NCBI RefSeq assembly: GCF_963921235.1
Contig: NC_086108.1
Location: 35,342,001-35,406,000, forward strand
DNA from: Mobula hypostoma
Lineage: Eukaryota
Length of the DNA: 64,000 bases
Direction: 5' to 3'
Shown here: piece by piece, positions 35,760 to 49,100 of the stretch
Layout of the letters: every line of letters starts with the position of its first letter
How positions within the stretch are numbered: the first letter of the stretch is position 1
Program-made: the position numbers and the translations under genes
Notes under the pieces: model-generated
What the model saw: only the letters and a program-made list of their open reading frames with translations
Told to the model about the DNA's origin: nothing
The model's database searches: none

Positions 35760-36150
35760 TCAGGAGACACAAGGGACTGCAGATGCTGGAATATGGAGCA
35801 ACAAGCGATCTACTGGAGGAACTCAGTGGGTTGAGAAGTATTTGTTGGAAGAAAGGAATTGTCATTGTTGCGGGTTGAGACCCTGCATCTGAACTGGGAA
35901 TGGAGAGACAAGATGGTCAGTACAAAGAGGAGAAGGGGAGTGATGAGAAAGGATTCTGAGCTGATTTATGGATATAGGTGGGAGTGGGAGACAAGGACAG
36001 GTGAATGATAGATGGAGGCAAATGAAGAGACAGAGAGATGAAAGAGGGAAAACAAAACTGATGGGGAGACAGGAAGAAACTTTGACCAAACCTTTCCTTC
36101 CACAGATGCTGCTTGAACAACTGGGGTCTTTCAGCAGATTGTTTGTTACT
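35760..36150. mobile_element. Old inverted Penelope pLTR-like pair
   Basis: ctgcagatgctggaatatggagcaaca..gggttgagaccctgcatctg (minus) and gaaactttgac..ccacagatgctgcttgaac (plus), around a purine-rich spacer. Confidence 0.55.
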
Positions 36151-37009
36151 CTGTGTACTCTCACTGGGTTCAGAATAATATCTAGGATCATTAGATATTC
36201 AGGGAGATTTAGAAATTAAATTCTTCATATGGCTCTCTGAGATACAGATCATTTTCTTAATATTATAATATCATTTGAGTACATATTGTTAATTGATGAG
36301 TTACATTGGATCTTTCACTTCTCTCCAACTCACTGATGCTGCCTCTGTTAATAATGTAGATGATGGATGAAATGTTGATAGATTATGGCATTGAACTTCT
36401 CTGAAGCTTCTTTTCTAAAAACGGACTATTTCCTATATTTACTTTTTCACTACTGCATGACATTGTATTGGCCAATTAAACACTGAATGAAAACCCATAG
36501 GAATACTGGAATTTGAACACAGTGACAGCTGTTGCTTGGCAGCTAAGAGTTACACCCAGAAGACAGTTTTGAAATGAAGATGGCACATACAATGTAACTT
36601 CACTTCACTTTGTCGCCTTACAACCACAGAACTTCTGCTTCTCATTGTTGTTACCTGGAAGTGGCAAAACTGGTATATAAATAGCTGGAGCCCGCAGCCA
36701 TAAGGCTCAGGAGTAACCAAATACAAGAGTTCTGAAGTATACAGAAAGAAAATGAGGGAAAGGAAGACTGGATTAAGAATAAGAGAAGTAGGATAAAAAT
36801 AAGGGAGAGTTTAAAAAAGTACATTTCACAATCTTTAATCTCTAAGTACAACTTGTCAATAGGTTGTGACAGTTGTTTGTTGTCAGACTCTCTTGATTCA
36901 ATTACTCCCTTTCAAGCCCAAAAGGCTTGTGAAAATAGTTATAAAATAGTTCTTATGCCACTGAAAACCCAATCTTAATTTCCTAGGTGGAATTTAATTC
37001 ACATTTGTT

Positions 37010-37365
37010 GAACAATATCAAGGTTTATAAGATTATGGGAGGATAGATAGAGTAAGCACACAGTATCTTTTTCCAGGGGTTGAAACGTCTAGTACTAGAG
37101 GACATGCATTTAAGGTGAGAAGGGGTCATTTCAAAGGAGATGTGAGGGTAAGTTTTTTACACAGAGATCAGTGGGTGCCTGCAGTGTGCTGTCTTGTGTG
37201 GTGGCAGAGGCATTAAAATCAGAGACTTATAAGAAATGTTTAACGAGGCACGTGGATGTGAGGAAAAAGGAAGGATATGAACATTGTGTTGTCAGAGGAG
37301 ATTAGTTTAGTCAGCCATTTGATTAATAATTTAAATGGTTTGGCACAGCATTGTGGCAAAGAGTT
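37010..37365 (+). mobile_element. CR1 LINE 3' fragment
   Basis: ggtttataagattatgggaggatagatag..actagaggacatgcatttaaggtgaga..ttttttacacagag (TRGH / FFTQR motifs). Confidence 0.8.
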
Positions 37366-37614
37366 CGGATTGATATGGAGATACTGTCTGTAAAACCTTG
37401 AACAGAATTCCTTCGGGAAGTAGAATATGCTGGGGAAGTCCAAAGCAGACAGCTTCAGTAGTGTGTAAGTTATTCATCAGCCTGTGATGTGGAAAATATA
37501 ATCTCTGAGTTATGAATTACTGAAAGTTTCTGGATGGTTTTCATCTCATCATTGTTAGCCTCAGACAAACAGATCTCAATGCCTTGATAGGTTGAAAGAA
37601 GCTACAGATATCAG

Positions 37615-38485
37615 AACATAAAGCATAAGAGCGTACAGTACAGCACAGGAACAGACCAAACCAATTAAATCATTAATCAAATGGCCAACTAAACTAACCT
37701 CCTCTGTCTACACAATGTCCATATCCTTCCATTTTCCTCACATTCACGTGCCTCGCTAAACGTTTTTTAAAAGTCTCTAATGTTTCTGCCTCCAGCACCA
37801 CCCCAGACAGTGCATTCCAGACACCCAGCACTATGTGAGTAAAAGACTTGCCGCTCACACCCCCTTAGAAATTATGAGCATGTGTGAGTATATATCTGCT
37901 GTAATTATTGCCCTACTATACATTTTTCATCCACACTGCTATGTCATAGAGTCATAGAACACTACAGCACAGAAACAGGCCTCTCGGCCCATGTAGACCA
38001 TGCCAAATTGTTACTCTGCCTAGACTCATTGACCCTTCCCAGGACCATAGCCCTCCATAACCCTCCCATCGATGTGAACTTCTCTTAAATGGTGCAATCG
38101 AGCCCACGTCCACCACTTCCACTGGCTGCTCCTTCCGCACACGCACAACTCCTCCGAATGAAGAAGTTCCCCCTCAAGTTCCCTTTAAATATTTCACTGT
38201 TCACCCTTTACGTAGTCTCACCCAACCTCAGTGGAAAATGTCTGCTTGCATTTACCCTATCTAGGCCCCTCATAATTGTATATACCTCTATCAAATCTAC
38301 CCTCATTCTCCTATGCTCCAGGGAGTAAAGTCCTAACCTATCAAACCGTTCCCTATAACTCAGGCCCTCAAGTCTCAGCAACATCCTTGCAAAGTTTCTC
38401 TGTATCCTTTCAATCGTATTGATATCTTTCCTGTGGGTAGGTGAATAGAACTACACACAAAGCTCCAAATTAGCCCTCAGCAACA
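37615..38485 (-). mobile_element. Two CR1 3' fragments (37615-37870 and 37945-38485)
   Basis: Tails agtacagcacaggaacag.. (similar to 930-1150) and catagagtcatagaacactacagcacagaaacaggcc, with a CR1 C-terminal body. Confidence 0.8.
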
Positions 38486-39224
38486 TAAAGAGGAGAAAGG
38501 GTACTGAATATTGAGTACCGTTTTATAACAATCCTAAACGTTCTGATATTTTGAAGTATGTCAGGCAGAGTGTATAATTTAAAACATTCAGCTGGTCTAC
38601 CAACAGTTTTACACTCACCCATTCCAAGGAAAGGACTTACACTTCTAGAACACTTTTCTCAAAATTAAGGTGTACCTAGGGATTTTGTTAAAGTTAAAGT
38701 CTGTCCTGAGCCTTGTGCCCAATGAGATACTTTTTGAAAACTCGAGGCTGTGGTGAAGTAGGAAGTAGAACAATTATTGTGTGATTGGCCAAGATATAAA
38801 AATCAAATGGTGTCCTTAAGTCAACAGATTTTGCGATTGTGCATCAGCATTTATTACATTCTTCAAAAAAAAGCACTAAGAGGTTTAATAATCACAACAA
38901 TCTGTAGAAATGCACAGTCAACTTCATGCGAATGAGCTGCATTAGTTATAAATTCAAAACCCCCTCTGTAACAATCTTCCTGTCATCTAATTGTCCTCAT
39001 TTTTATAAAAGTTCACTTTATAAATGTGCAGGTTATATTGAAAATATTAATGCAACAGAAGCACTGAGTTGTAAACATTTTAGTAGGTTTCAAAGTGCAG
39101 TAATGTCTGAAATGTGACCGGACAGTATTAGCTAAAAGTGGAATTATGATCATAGATCAGTGCAAATAAGAATGACTAATTAAGTTACTTTAATCAGATT
39201 CTGAAAAGCAGCGAGTGAAGAGCA

Positions 39225-39425
39225 AGATCTACAGCTTCTGGAATCTCAAATAAAAACAGCAAATTTTGGAAATGTGTAGACTGGGCAGCATCTGTGAAGG
39301 GAGAAGTAGACCGATAACCCGATGAAAGGTCAATTTCATAACATGGCTAATGAGTTGAACCTTTAACTTTCTCCATAGATTCCTCCTGAACTGCTGAGTG
39401 CTTCTAGCATTTTCTGTTTTTACTT
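39225..39425. mobile_element. Old inverted Penelope pLTR-like pair
   Basis: ggcagcatctgtgaagggagaag (minus) ... ccgatgaaaggtca ... ctccatagattcctcctgaactgctgag..ctagcattttctgtttt (plus). Confidence 0.45.
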
Positions 39426-40824
39426 CTGAAAGGAATTAAATGGTTTCATGTAATGCAATTAATGATCACTATATAGAGAATCTTAAGTTATACATAATCA
39501 GCACTGCAATATGTTTCAGTCACAATTTTATTTCCATTTTGCTTTTAGTCCATTCTCTGGATTTCCAGCATCTACAGAATCTCCTGTATTTATGAATTGA
39601 AGCATCTTTCTCTATTGGTATTTTTATCCCCACCCCTCTCATCCCTTTATCCCCTCAACCCAGGTTCCCCTGGAAAGGAAAACGGCCAACCTTATCTCAC
39701 AAGGTAAAGTAAGCTAATAAGTACCAGAGTAGCTTACTGGTAAGAAATAGCTGATGCATTCAGTTCAGTTGGGTTAAAATTGTAATGCTAGTGATACAAC
39801 TGTACGAGTAAGAAATTTCATTTACCCGCTCAGGCCTGCATTCAAATCTAGACTCATGGTAATCCGTTTGACTTTTGACCCTTCACTTTTCAGGGGATAA
39901 TAAATATTTCAGAGGATATAGTAATTATGCATGTATAATAAATATCAGCTCTATCAACGTCCCATAAACAAATATATTTTTAAAAAATCATTCCTGTTAG
40001 ACTTCCCTTTTTACAATAGGTACATATGAGCAGTATGTCAAATTGCCGTGAGTTATAATCAGTAAAGTATTAGCAATTTTCTATAGTATCTTAAAAGGGA
40101 CATCTTACAGTACCACTATATGCCTATAATCTGGGAGATTTGCTACCAACAGCATAATCATTGGCCACCTTCGCAAAGTTATAACTTCAAATCACTTGAA
40201 CTCGGGTTTTTCCCATCTAGGTTATCTAAACTTCAATCTTGATATCTCCAGTGCAACCCACCATCCACACTCCTCATTGCTTTGTTCCCTTTAGAATTTC
40301 TATTCATTTACTTTCTGCTGATTTTCCAATTGAAAAGGTTGTTGCCTACACATATCCTGCTTTAGCTGAGAGAATGACTCATAGGCTTTGCACCTTACTG
40401 AAGAACAGGAATCGGAGCAAATGAGGGGACTAAGCCCTCGATGTGAAATTGCAAATGAGACATTTTTTTTACACTTAGTTCAACATTAACTTTTGATAAA
40501 GGTCTAAACACTGAATTTCTGTTAGAGTGTCCCCAAATGTTTGGCTGAGGTTTCTGATGAAATGCTCAAAGAGATGAGTTCACAAGTCACAGTCAAAAAT
40601 CTCACTGTAAAGACTCTGCCTGATTGTGTGTCTGGTTTAGCTCAATGCCTTGCCACAATGATCCAATGTCCTCAAAGGCAACCAATTTAATTGACAATTA
40701 TTACTTAAGTGATTACCTCAGGAGAGAAGGGGGAATGGGGAGGATGGTGTGGGGTTAAAAGAGTGGGAAATGAAGGGGTAGATGGGGATTGGGGAAAGGT
40801 AGAAAATCACAAAAAGAAATGTTT

Positions 40825-41135
40825 ATTTGATGAGGCTAGCAGAGTTGTTAAGACCAGAGGTCTTGCGTTCAAAGGAAGGGTTAGAGGATTTAGAAGGGAC
40901 CTGAGGAAGGATTATTTTCAGGTGGAAGGTGACTGGAATCTGGAGCTCACTGCCTGAAGGTATGGTGAAGTCAGAAACATTCACAAATTTAAGAAAGTAT
41001 CTGAATGAACACTTGAATCACCAAGGTATGGAAGGTTACAGGCGGAAGGCTGAAAAATGATTTTAGCATGGACAGTTACTTGATAGTCAGAGGTTCATGA
41101 AGGGTCAAAAGGCCTGTTTCCATGCTGTATAAATA
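40825..41135 (+). mobile_element. Old CR1 3' fragment
   Basis: aagaccagaggtc..ttagaagggacctgaggaagga..tggaatctggagctcactgcctgaa and tail gggtcaaaaggcctgtttccatgctgtat. Confidence 0.6.
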
Positions 41136-41554
41136 TAGCATTGTGGATGATGAGGTCTGTGGAAGGCCATTATATTTTCAAGTTCATGAAATTTAGGTCA
41201 TAAAAGCGTAAGATATAGGACCAGAATTAGACCGACCAACACATCAATTATTTTTCCCTCTCAACCCCATTCTCCTGCCATCTCTGTGTAAATTGAATGC
41301 CATAAGACATAGGAGCAAAATCAGGCCATTCAGCCCATCAAGTCTGCTCCTCCACTTCATCATGGCTGATTTATTCTCTCTCTCAATTCCATTCTCCTGC
41401 CTTCCCCTCATAACCTTTGATGTCCTTACTAATCAAGAACCTGCCAACGTCTGCTTTAAATGTACCCAATGACATGGTCTCCACAGCTGTCTGTGGAAAC
41501 AAATTCCACAGTCTCACCAACTTCTGGCTAAAGAATTTCCTCCTTATCTCTGTA

Positions 41555-42860
41555 TAAAGCTCTACTCACTTATTACTGTGAGGCTAATCACTGTTTCAAT
41601 AACATATTTAAGCTTGCTGACAACACAACTGTCATTGGCCAAATCAAAGCTGGGGATGAATCAGCACGTAGGAAGGAGATTGAAAATCTGGCTGAATGGT
41701 GCCACAACAACAACCTTTCATTCAATGTCAGCAGAACCAAAGAGATGATCATTGACCACAGATTTGGGAAACTGGAGGTCCGTGAGCCAGCTCTCATCAG
41801 AGGATCAGAGCTGGAGAGGGTCAGCAACTTTAAGTTCCTGAGCATTATCACTTCAGAGGATCTGTCCTGGGTCCAGCGCAGAAGTGCCATTACAAAGAAA
41901 GTACAACAGAGCATCTACTTTCTCAGAAGTTTGCGAAAATGTAGTATGTCATCTAAAATTTTGACAAACTTCTATATATGCTTGGTGAAGAGTATACTGA
42001 CCAGTTACATCATGGCCTGGTACAAAACACCAATGCTCTTGTATGGAAAAGCCTACAAAACATCTTGGATATGGCCCAGTCCACCATGAGTGAAGCCCTC
42101 ACCACCACTGAGAACATCTACATAGAACATCACAGGATAGCAGCATCCATTATCACGGACCCCCACCATGCAGGCAATGCACTCTTCTCGCTGCTGCCAT
42201 GAGGAAGGGAGTATAGGAGCCTCAGGACCCACACTTCCAAGTTCAAGAACAGTTATTACCCTTCGCTCACCCCATCACTGAACTGTTCCTACAACCTATG
42301 AACATATTTTCAATGACTCTTCATCTCATTTTCTTGATATTTATTGCTTATTTCTTTTATGTGTTTGCACTGTGTGTTGTCTTTTACATGTTGGTTGTTT
42401 GTCTGTCTTGTTGTTTATGTACATACTTATTTATTTATTTAGAGATATGGTACAGAGTAGATCCTTTCAACCTTTTGAGCCTCACTGCCTAGCAACCCCT
42501 GATTTAAACCTAAACTAATCACAGTACAATTTACAATCTCCAACAAACCTACTAACTTGTAAATCTTTGTTCTGTGAGAGGACACTGGAGAACCCAAAGA
42601 GGGCCCATGAATTCCACTGGGGGAACATACAGTCTCCTTACAGCTGACATCGGAATTGAACTCCAAACTCTGAATTCCCCAAGCTGTAATCGTGTCCTGC
42701 TAACTGCTACACCGCCGTGGAGCGCATTGTGTTCGGTTTTTCCTCGATTCTATTGTGTTTGTTTGTACTTACTGTGAATGCCCACAGGAAAATGAATCTC
42801 AGGATAGTATATTGTGACATTTAGGTACTTTGATAATAAATTTACTTTGAAATTTGTACT
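41555..42860 (+). mobile_element. Rex1/Babar-type LINE 3' part
   Basis: IFKLADNTTVIGQI, WCHNNNLSFNVSRTKEMIID, FKFLSI, KKVQQSIYFLRSL. Tail tactttgataataaatttactttga. Confidence 0.85.
42425..42722 (-). mobile_element. V-SINE-like element nested in the Rex1 3' UTR
   Basis: (TTTA)n tail at 42428-42441 and reverse V-domain/B-box gggaacatacagtctccttacagctgac..ggaattgaactc. Confidence 0.7.
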
Positions 42861-45554
42861 TTGAAGGGTCATCCTTGTATTCTGAGGCTGTGCCCTTTGG
42901 TCCTAGCCTCACCCACTATAGGAAACATCCTCTGCAGAACAATTCTATCTCGTCCTTTCAATATTTGATAGATTTCAAAGAGATCCCCTTTCATTCTTCT
43001 AAGTCCCATCATGTCCAGGCCCAGAGTGATCAAATGCTCCTTATATGTTATACCCTTTCATTCCTGAGGTCATTCTCTAAATCCTCTCCAATGCCAGCAC
43101 ATCCTTCCTTAGATATGAGTTCAAAACAGATCACAATATTCTTTTGCCCTTCCGATTTCTGAAAAAATAGTTCACTCAGCTTTATTTCTTCTGCCAAACT
43201 GCATGACTATGCACTTCCCTATGCCATATTCCATCAAATACTTCTTTGCCCATTCTCCCAACCTATCCAAATCCTTCTGCAAGACTTCCTACTTCCTCAA
43301 CACTACCTGACCTACCTCCTATCTTTGTATCATCTGCAAATTTGTCACAAAATCATCAGTTCTGTTATCCATATCATTAACATATAACGTGGACCCAACA
43401 CCCACCCCTACTGAACACAACTAGTCACTGGCAGCCAACCGGAAAAGGTCCTCTTTTTTCTACCATTTAGTTGACGGGCAGCAGGAAATCGGCTATCCAT
43501 GGTAGTACCTTTCCTGTAAAACCATGAGCTCCTATCTTACTTAGCAGCCTTATGTACAGCACCTTGTCAAAGGCCTTCTGGAAATCCAAGTAAACAACAT
43601 CCACTGGCTCTCCATTGTCTATCCTGTTTTCTACTTCCTCAAGGAATTCCAATAGATTTGTCAGGCAATCTATTCAGCTACCTCATTCAGAACCCTAGAT
43701 TAATGTCCATTTGGTCCAAGTGACTTATCCACCTTCAGATCTTTCAGCTTCCCAAGTATTTTCTTCTTAGTCATAGAAACTACATTCACTTCTGCCCCCT
43801 GGCATTCTCGAATCTCTGGCATGTTGCTGGTGTTTTCCACTGTGAAGGATAATGCAGAATACTTATTCAGTTTATCTTCCTTTTCTTTGTTCCCCATTAC
43901 TACTTCTCCAATGTCATTTTCCTGTGATCCAATGTCCACTCTTGTTTCTCTTTTATTTTTTATATTTCTGAAATGAAACTTTTGGCATCCTCTTTTATAT
44001 AATTGGCTAGCTTACCTTCATATTTTATCCTTGTTCCCTTTGGCTTTTTATTTGCCTTCTGTTGTTTTTTAAAAGCTTCCCAATCATCTAGCTTTCTGCT
44101 AAATTTTGCAATATTTTATGCCTTTTCTTTTATTTTTATGTTGTCTTTGTTTTCCTTCGTCAACCACAGTTGCCATATCCTCCCTTTAGAATTCTTCAAC
44201 TCTTTTGGAATTAGATGTTCCTGCATCTTCAGAATGATTCCCAAAAACTCTAACTATGGCTGGTCTACCGTTATTCCTGCTAGTGTCCCCTTCCAATCAT
44301 CTTTTGCCAGCTCTTCTCTCAACTGTAATACTAAAACATCTGATTTCAGCTTTACCCTCTCAAAACCGCAGGATGAATTTCATCATATTGTGATCACTGC
44401 CTCCTAAGTGCTCCTTTACCTTACGCTCCCTAATCAAATCTGGTTCATTGCCTAATTTAGTTTTTCCCTAGTGGGCTTGATAACAAGCTGCTCTAAAAAG
44501 CCATCTCATAAGCATTCTACTAATTCCTTCTCCTGGGATTCAGTGCCAAACAGATTTTTCCTGTCTACCTGCACTTGAAATCCCCCATGACCACTGTAAC
44601 ATTGCCTTTTTTACATGCCTTTTCCATCTCCTGTTGTAATTTGTACCCATGATTCTGGCTACTATGTGAAGCCCTGTATATACTCCCGTCAGGATCTTTT
44701 TACCCTGGCATTTTCTTAAATCTACCTACAAGGATCCTAAATCTTCTGATCCTATGTCACTTCTTGTGAAAATTTGATTTCATTTTTTTTACCACGAAAG
44801 CCACACCACCCCTTCTGCCAACCTGACTGCCTTTTTTGATCGCACAGTTCTCATTGGATGTTTAGCTGTTCAGACTGAAATAAAGCAATCTTAAATATGA
44901 AGGAGATGTTGTTATGGATACTACCTATTGAATTAAAATTAAGCATGCTAACTCAGACTTTAATGCTAATGTTAACCTTAGAGCTACAATGGTGTAAAAA
45001 CTAACCATTACTTAACTTCAGCAGAAACAGACCTTTCTAAAGTAGCTGCTCTAGAAAGAAACCTATTATTGCTGAACTGCTATGAACAGAATTTGATTAG
45101 TTTTAGTCACTTGCTGTTAGTCTCCTTCTCAGGATCAATAATTCTTGATTAATTTTAAGCATATTTATTTTCTTGCTATAAGATATCAAGAAATCCATAA
45201 TTCAATGATATTTTGTTAACCTTGACAATCTTGGTAAAGAATGAAACGTTTTCACTAATTCACACATTTTTCATATCTGCAGATCTCATTTAAAAGTCTA
45301 AAATCTTGAAATCGTAAAACGGAAATCCATATTGGGTATTGATCTCAACGAGGATGTTACTAAAATAATAATGACTGAGAGGTAGACACACATGCTAAAG
45401 ATTTCTGGGAAATAATTCAGCAACACAATCCAGGTCTATGCAATATAGAGGAGTTCAATTCACAGCAATCAATTTCTGGTCATTCCATTCCAGATGAGCG
45501 ATGCACAATGAACCCAGTCATGACAAACAAATCTATGCTGCACCAAACAACACT

Positions 45555-46090
45555 GAGGTGAGGTGAGGGCCTCCGTTGCCCAGAGTTGACCACGGATATT
45601 GCATCCTAGTGGTCTAGATATGCAAGCCTGGGCAGTACAATATGGAGAGCAAGCTGTGGCCCATCTAACAAGCTCCCCGTCTCCCCGCATCTGATGAACC
45701 CAAGGGAACGGCAAACCGATACAGTTTGGTACCAGCAGCTTCACAGCTGCCAGCCAGTATTCAACTCAGTATTGGACTGTCTTAATGACTCCAGCTCTGG
45801 ATTTTTCCCTTGGGATTTACTCCCAAAGACTTCCCCGTAAGCAGGTATAGCCCCAAGACAGCGGAGGTTTGAGATTAGAGCTCTCCTTCTCCTGGATGAG
45901 CTGCCAACCATGGCTGACAAGCCCCAGCAGCCCAAAGTGACAGGTTTCAGGCACCAGTAACCCACCTTTGCCCTTTCTCCTGTCAGTAGAGATGGTTCAG
46001 CCGAGCTTAGTCGCGAAACCACATGTGAAGGCCAGGAGCTGGACTCGTTTCTTGAGGGCTATTGAGGTATGCTCCATTGGGAACATTTAA
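45555..46090 (-). mobile_element. Probable RTE-derived non-autonomous retroposon
   Basis: Minus strand RTE-like 5' UTR motif ggcagctcatccaggagaaggagagctctaatctcaaacctccgctg and a short (CCTCA)n tail at 45554-45568. Non-coding. Confidence 0.55.
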
Positions 46091-46104
46091 TGAAGGGAGG
46101 TCAC

Positions 46105-49100
46105 TACCTACCATCCTCCCTTCAATACAATACAGTGCTCACCGTCAGCCTACCGTCCTCCCTTCAATACAATACAGTGCTCACCATCAGCCTACAGTCC
46201 TCCTTTCAGTACAATACAGTGCTCACCATCAGCATACCGTCCCCCCCACAGAACAATACAGTGATCACCATCAGCCTACCATCCTCAATTCGGTACAATA
46301 GAGCGCTCACCACCAGCCTACCGTCCTCAATTCAGTACAATACAGTGCTCACCATCAGCCTACCGTCCTCCCTTCAGTACAATACAGTGCTCACCATCAG
46401 CCTACCATCCTCCCTTCTGTACAATACAGTGCTCATCATCAGCCTACCATCCTCCCTTCTGTACAATACAGTGCTCACCATGAGACTACCGTCCTACCTT
46501 CAGGACAATTCATCGCTCACCATCAGCCTACCGTCCTCAATTCGGTACAATACAGCGCTCACCACCAGCCTACCGTCCTCCCCATGGTACAATGCGGTGA
46601 TCACCATCAGCCTACCATTCTTCCTTCAGCACAATACAGTACTCACCATGAGACTACCATCCTACCTTCAGTACAATTCATCGCTCACCATCAGCCTCTT
46701 GTCCTCGCCACAGTACAATACAGCGGTCACCATCAACATACCATCCCCCCTTCAGTACAATACAGCACTCACCATCAGCCCATCGTCCTCCATACAGTAC
46801 TATACAGTGCTCACCATCAGCCAACCGTCCTCTCTTCAATACAATACAGCACTCACCATCAGCCTATCGTCCTCCCTTCAGTACAATACAGTACTCACTA
46901 TCAGCCTACCATCCTCACTTCAGTACAATACAGTGCTCACCATCAGTCTACCGTCCTTCCCACAGTACAATACAGTGCTCATCATCAGCCTACCGTCCTC
47001 CCTTCAGTACAATACAGTGCTCATCATCAGCCTACCATCCTCCCTTCAGTACAATACAGTGCTCACCATCAGCCTACCGTCCTCTCTTCAGTACAATACA
47101 GCACTCACCATCAGCCTATTGTCCTCCCTTCAGTACAATACAGTGCTCACCATCAGCCTACCGTCCTCCCTTCAGTACAAGACAGTGCTCACTATCAGAC
47201 TACCGTCCTCCCTTCAGTACAATACAGTACTCACCATGAGACTACCGTCCTACCTTCAGTACAATTCATCGCTCACCATCAGCCTCTTGTCCTCCCCACA
47301 GAACAATACAGTGATCACCCTCAGCCTACCGTCCTCAATTCAGTACAATACAGTGCTCACTATCAGCCTATCGTCCTCTCTTCAGTACAATACAGTGCTC
47401 ACCATCAGCCTACCATCCTCCCCACAGTACAATACAGCACTCACCATCAGCCTACTGTCCTTCCCACAGTAGAATACAGCTTTCACCATCAGCCTATCAT
47501 CCTCCCTTCAGTAGAATACAGTTCTCACCCTAAGCCTACCGTCCTCACTTCAGTACAATACAGTTCTCACTCTCAGCCTACCGTCCTCCCCACAGTACAA
47601 TACAGTGCTCACTATCAGACTACCATCCTCCCTTCAGTACAATACAGTACTCACCATGAGACTACCGTCCTACCTTCAGTACAATACAGTGCTCACTATC
47701 AGCCTACCGTCCTCCATTCAGTACAATACAGCACTCACCATCAGCCTACCGTCCTCCCTTCAGTACAATACAGTGCTCACAATCAGCCTACCGTCCTCCC
47801 TTCAGTACAATACAATGCTCACCATCAGCCTACCGTCCTCCCTTCAGTACAATACTGTGCTCACTATCAGACTACCGTCCTCCCTTCAGTACAATACAGC
47901 ACTCACCATCAGCCTACCGTCCTCCCTTCAATACAATACAGTGCTCACAATCAGCCTACCGTCCTCCCTTCAGTACAACACAGTGCTCACCATCAGCCTA
48001 CCATCCTCTGTTCAGTACAATACAGCACTCACCATCAGCCTACCGTCCTCTCTTCAGTACGATACAGCACTCACCATCAGCCTATTGTCCTCCCTTCAAT
48101 ACAATACAGTGCTCACCATCAGCCGACCGTGCTCCCCACGGAACAATACAGTGATCACCATCAGCCTACCGTAGTCCATTCAGTATAATTCAGTGCTCAC
48201 CATCACCCTACCGTATTCTCTTCAATACAATACAGCTTTCACCATCAGCCTATCATCCTCCCTTCAGTACAATACAGTGCTCACCATCAGTCTACCGTCC
48301 TCACTTCAATACAATACAGTGATCACTATCAGCTTACCGTCCTCCCTTCAGTACGATACAGTGCTCGCCATCAGCCTACCGTCCTCCCTTCAGTACAATA
48401 CACTGCTCACCATCAGCCTACCGTCCTCCCTTCAGTACGATACAGTGCTCACCATCAGCCTACCGTCCTCCCTTCAGTATAATACTATGCTCACTATCAG
48501 ACTACCGTCCTCCCTTCAGTACAATACTGTGCTCACTATCAGACTACCGTCCTCCCTTCAGTAAAATACAGTACTCACCATGAGACTACCGTACCCCCTT
48601 CAGTACAATACTGTGCTCACTATCAGACTACCGTCCTCCCTTCAGTACAATACAACACTCACCATCAGCCTACCGTCCTCCCTTCAGTATAATACAGTGC
48701 TCACCATCAGCCTACCGTCCTCCCTTCAGTACAATACCGTGCTCACTTTCAGACTACCATCCTCCCTTCAGTACAATACAGTGCTCACCATCAGACTACC
48801 GTTCTCTCTTCAGTACAATACAGTGCTCACCATCAGCCTACCGTCCTCCCTTCAGTACAATACAGCACTCACCATCAGCCTATTGTCCTCCCTTCAGTAC
48901 AATACAGTGCTCACCATCAGCCTACCGTCCTCACTTCAGTACAATACAGCACTCACCATCAGCCTATTGTCCTCCCTTCAGTACAATACAGTGCTCACCA
49001 TCAGCCTACCGTCCTCCCTTCAGTACAATCCTGTGCACTTTCAGACTACCGTCCTCCCTTCAGTACAATACAGCACTCACCATCAGCCTACCGTCCTCCC

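Larger units (their letters stand above)
41195..44868 (-). mobile_element. CR1 LINE, long decayed copy, interrupted by a Rex1 insertion at ~41555-42860
   Basis: Tail cataagacataggagcaaaatcaggcc at 41301. ORF 43467-43652 VDVVYLDFQKAFDKV, ORF 43700-43939 LKVDKSLGP, and EN-side remnants to ~44868. Confidence 0.88.

Noticed and set aside
36670..36690. TATA box TATATAAATAG as a promoter
   Set aside because: AT-rich context with no supporting downstream exon or ORF.
45685..45730. Hammerhead at CTGATGA in the RTE-like element
   Set aside because: No properly placed GAAA after a stem II and no stem I pairing; it lies antisense to the element.
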